Shown piece by piece: positions 56,701 through 58,673 of a stretch of DNA of 58,673 nucleotides (positions are counted from its first letter, which is position 1; every line of letters starts with the position of its first letter). A model generated the notes under the pieces. That model had not been told where the DNA came from. It was given only the letters and a program-made list of their open reading frames with translations, and searched no databases. Made by a program: the position numbers and the translations under genes. Source of the stretch: Salpingoeca rosetta (taxonomy: Eukaryota; Protista; Choanoflagellata); contig JAWQFM010000021.1 of NCBI GenBank assembly GCA_033442325.1, positions 606,347 to 665,019 on the forward strand. Reading direction: 5' to 3'.

Positions 56701-56985
56701 GGGGGAATGAGAGAGAGAGAGAGAGCGAGAGAGACAGAGTTGTCTGTGTCTGTTCTCTTGCTGCACCTCAATATATGCCCACACGTGCTCCCTCCTCATA
56801 CCTTGCGCGGTTGTTTGTGTATGATGGCCATTGTCTACGATGGCAGGTTTGACGACAAGCCCAACTACTCGTACCTGCGCCAGCTCTTCCGCAACCTCTT
56901 CCACCGCGAGGGCTACATCCACGACTACATCTTCGACTGGACCATCCAGATCAAGGTCCGTGCTGCTCGCTGAGTGAGCGCGCGC

Positions 56986-57051
<66 letters not shown>

Positions 57052-57390
57052 GTTTCTGCTTGGCGCTGCTGCCTGGTTGTGGCGCTCAACGTATCTTCGT
57101 GAGACGTACAACACCCCTCACCCTTCTCTCCCTTTTATCCTTTCGTTCTCCGTACACCTCCACACTTACCACTTGCCCCCCCCCCTCTCTCTCTTCGCTT
57201 GCAACCTCGCAGGAGCAGCGCTCGCGCCACGGGGACGAGGCCAAGTCTGGCAAGTCTGGGCACCGCCACCGGGAGCGCCGGGCGTCGGCGGAGCAGCCCG
57301 TGCAGAAGCGCTCGTCGTTTGCACAGCACGACCGCCGCCGCGACAGGCCCTACGACGCAGACCCAAGGTCTGTGCATGCTTACATATGGA

Positions 57391-57440
<50 letters not shown>

Positions 57441-57648
57441 ACAGTGTTGTTGTGTCGTGCACGTGTGAGTTAATTGATTACAAATGGATGCAGTGCTGTT
57501 GCCCTGTACGCATGTGTCTTGACACACCTCTTCTCACAGTACCACCGCCGCCGCTGTTAGGGTTGCACCCGGGTATGCGCGCAACACGCCTGCATCTGCG
57601 ATGCCCGGTGATCGCCGCAGGGGCGACCGCAAGCACGGCAACTTCTGA
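54722..57648 (+). CDS. CSNK1D: Casein kinase I, delta/epsilon-like; one exon lies in an assembly gap
   Basis: [26 protein letters not shown]...[85 protein letters not shown] and [16 protein letters not shown]. Approximate exons: 54722-54908, 55210-55338, 55544-55639, 55849-55981, 56214-56300, [gap], 56847-56955, 57213-57367, 57540/57561-57648. Confidence 0.95.
56390..56607. other. Assembly gap (N run) between (TG)n and (GA)n tracts
   Basis: Run of n characters. Confidence 0.99.
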
Positions 57649-58212
57649 TCCACCAACACCCATCGCAGCTGTTTTGTCGGTGCACTTTGTTGTCGTCGTG
57701 TGTCTTCGCTCCCCTCCCTCCCCCCTCTTCCCGACTTGCCCTATCCTTCTTTCCCCTCTTTTGATCTCTGCATGACATGATAATGTGTATCTGCTGCTCT
57801 TTGCCCGCCACCTCCCATGTCTTTCCTGTCCTGTCTTTTCCATCCCACCCTTCCCTTTCCTTTGCATGTGTGTCTGTGTCTGTGTCTGTGTGTCTGTTGC
57901 TGCCTTCTCTTCGTTCTTGTCTAGGTCTCTCTGTGCATGATGCCATGTGTGTCACGTTGCTGTGTACGTGGATTGTTGCGTTGCGTGTGTCTGTCTGTCT
58001 GTCTGCCCTGCTTGCCTGCGTGCTTGCTTGCGTGTTTGTTTGGTGGAGCCAAGGAAAAAGAAAAGAACGAACGAACAAGAAGAAGAAGAACAAACAGCAC
58101 ACAAACAACAACAAGCAAACAGCACACCTGCAAACCACGTGCCACAACACAACACAACACAACTGCACAACAACACACCACAGCAACCGTGCGTGCGCGC
58201 GTGAAGGTCCTG

Positions 58213-58560
58213 ATGCAGGAAGGCGGGAAGGCAGCGGGGTCTGCTGCGACCGGCGGCAGTGGTGCTGGCGGTGGATGGCTGCGATCCCTCATCTCCTTCC
58301 TGACCCCGCCTTCCTGGCGAGCTTCAGCACCAGATACCATCCCAGCCAGCACTGATGCCACAGAAGCCGATGCCGGCCACCCTCCAACGAAGCGGGCCAA
58401 GGTCACACGGGACATTGCACTACCACGGCGAACGCGGAAGCAGGCAGAGGCACCAGCCGTGGCACCAGCGGCAACGAACGCAACGGATGCGGCTGCGCCA
58501 GCGACGACCAAAGCGACCGCGAAGGACGACGGCGATCCGTACCGCAGCCGCGCTCCATGG
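58213..58560 (+). CDS. Probable first exon of a gene continuing beyond the window
   Basis: Open frame MQEGGKAAGS...PPTKRAKV...YRSRAPW followed by a GTACAG donor and a (TG)n intron. NLS-like PTKRAK motif. Confidence 0.55.
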
Positions 58561-58574
58561 GTACAGTCAGTGTG

Positions 58575-58664
<90 letters not shown>

Positions 58665-58673
58665 TGTGCGTGT

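Overview
Eukaryotic, intron-dense genomic DNA with GC-rich exons and introns full of (TG)n/(CA)n microsatellites. The style resembles a choanoflagellate such as Salpingoeca rosetta (inference from sequence style only). Most ORFs in the supplied track are microsatellite or antisense artefacts, so I assembled genes by hand from GT..AG junctions and checked reading phase. Genes found: (1) 383-12240 (+), an IRE1-like receptor with signal peptide, IRE1-type luminal domain, TM helix, TWO tandem IRE1-type kinase domains and a KEN RNase domain; (2) 14148-17148 (+), a polyQ orphan protein; (3) 21279-18869 (-), a signal-peptide thioredoxin (WCGFC) interrupted by an assembly gap; (4) 21818-47109 (+), a giant gene of ~30 exons and roughly 5,900 aa with LamG-like domains, a Zn finger, a DUF3638/DUF3645 helicase-like P-loop core, EF-hands, a RanBP2-type Zn finger, thioredoxin (WCGPC), ankyrin repeats and a degenerate C-terminal ADP-ribosyltransferase-like domain; (5) 50360-48434 (-), a disordered Ser/Pro/Arg-rich protein; (6) 54722-57648 (+), casein kinase I delta/epsilon-like; (7) a probable first exon of another gene at 58213. 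The most novel items are the tandem-kinase IRE1 and the giant sensor-NTPase-ART protein. Also notable are an identical 13-bp MARE/AP-1-like palindrome in both divergent intergenic regions, and introns with complementary TG...CA ends. Domain calls come from motif recognition by eye, not from database searches.
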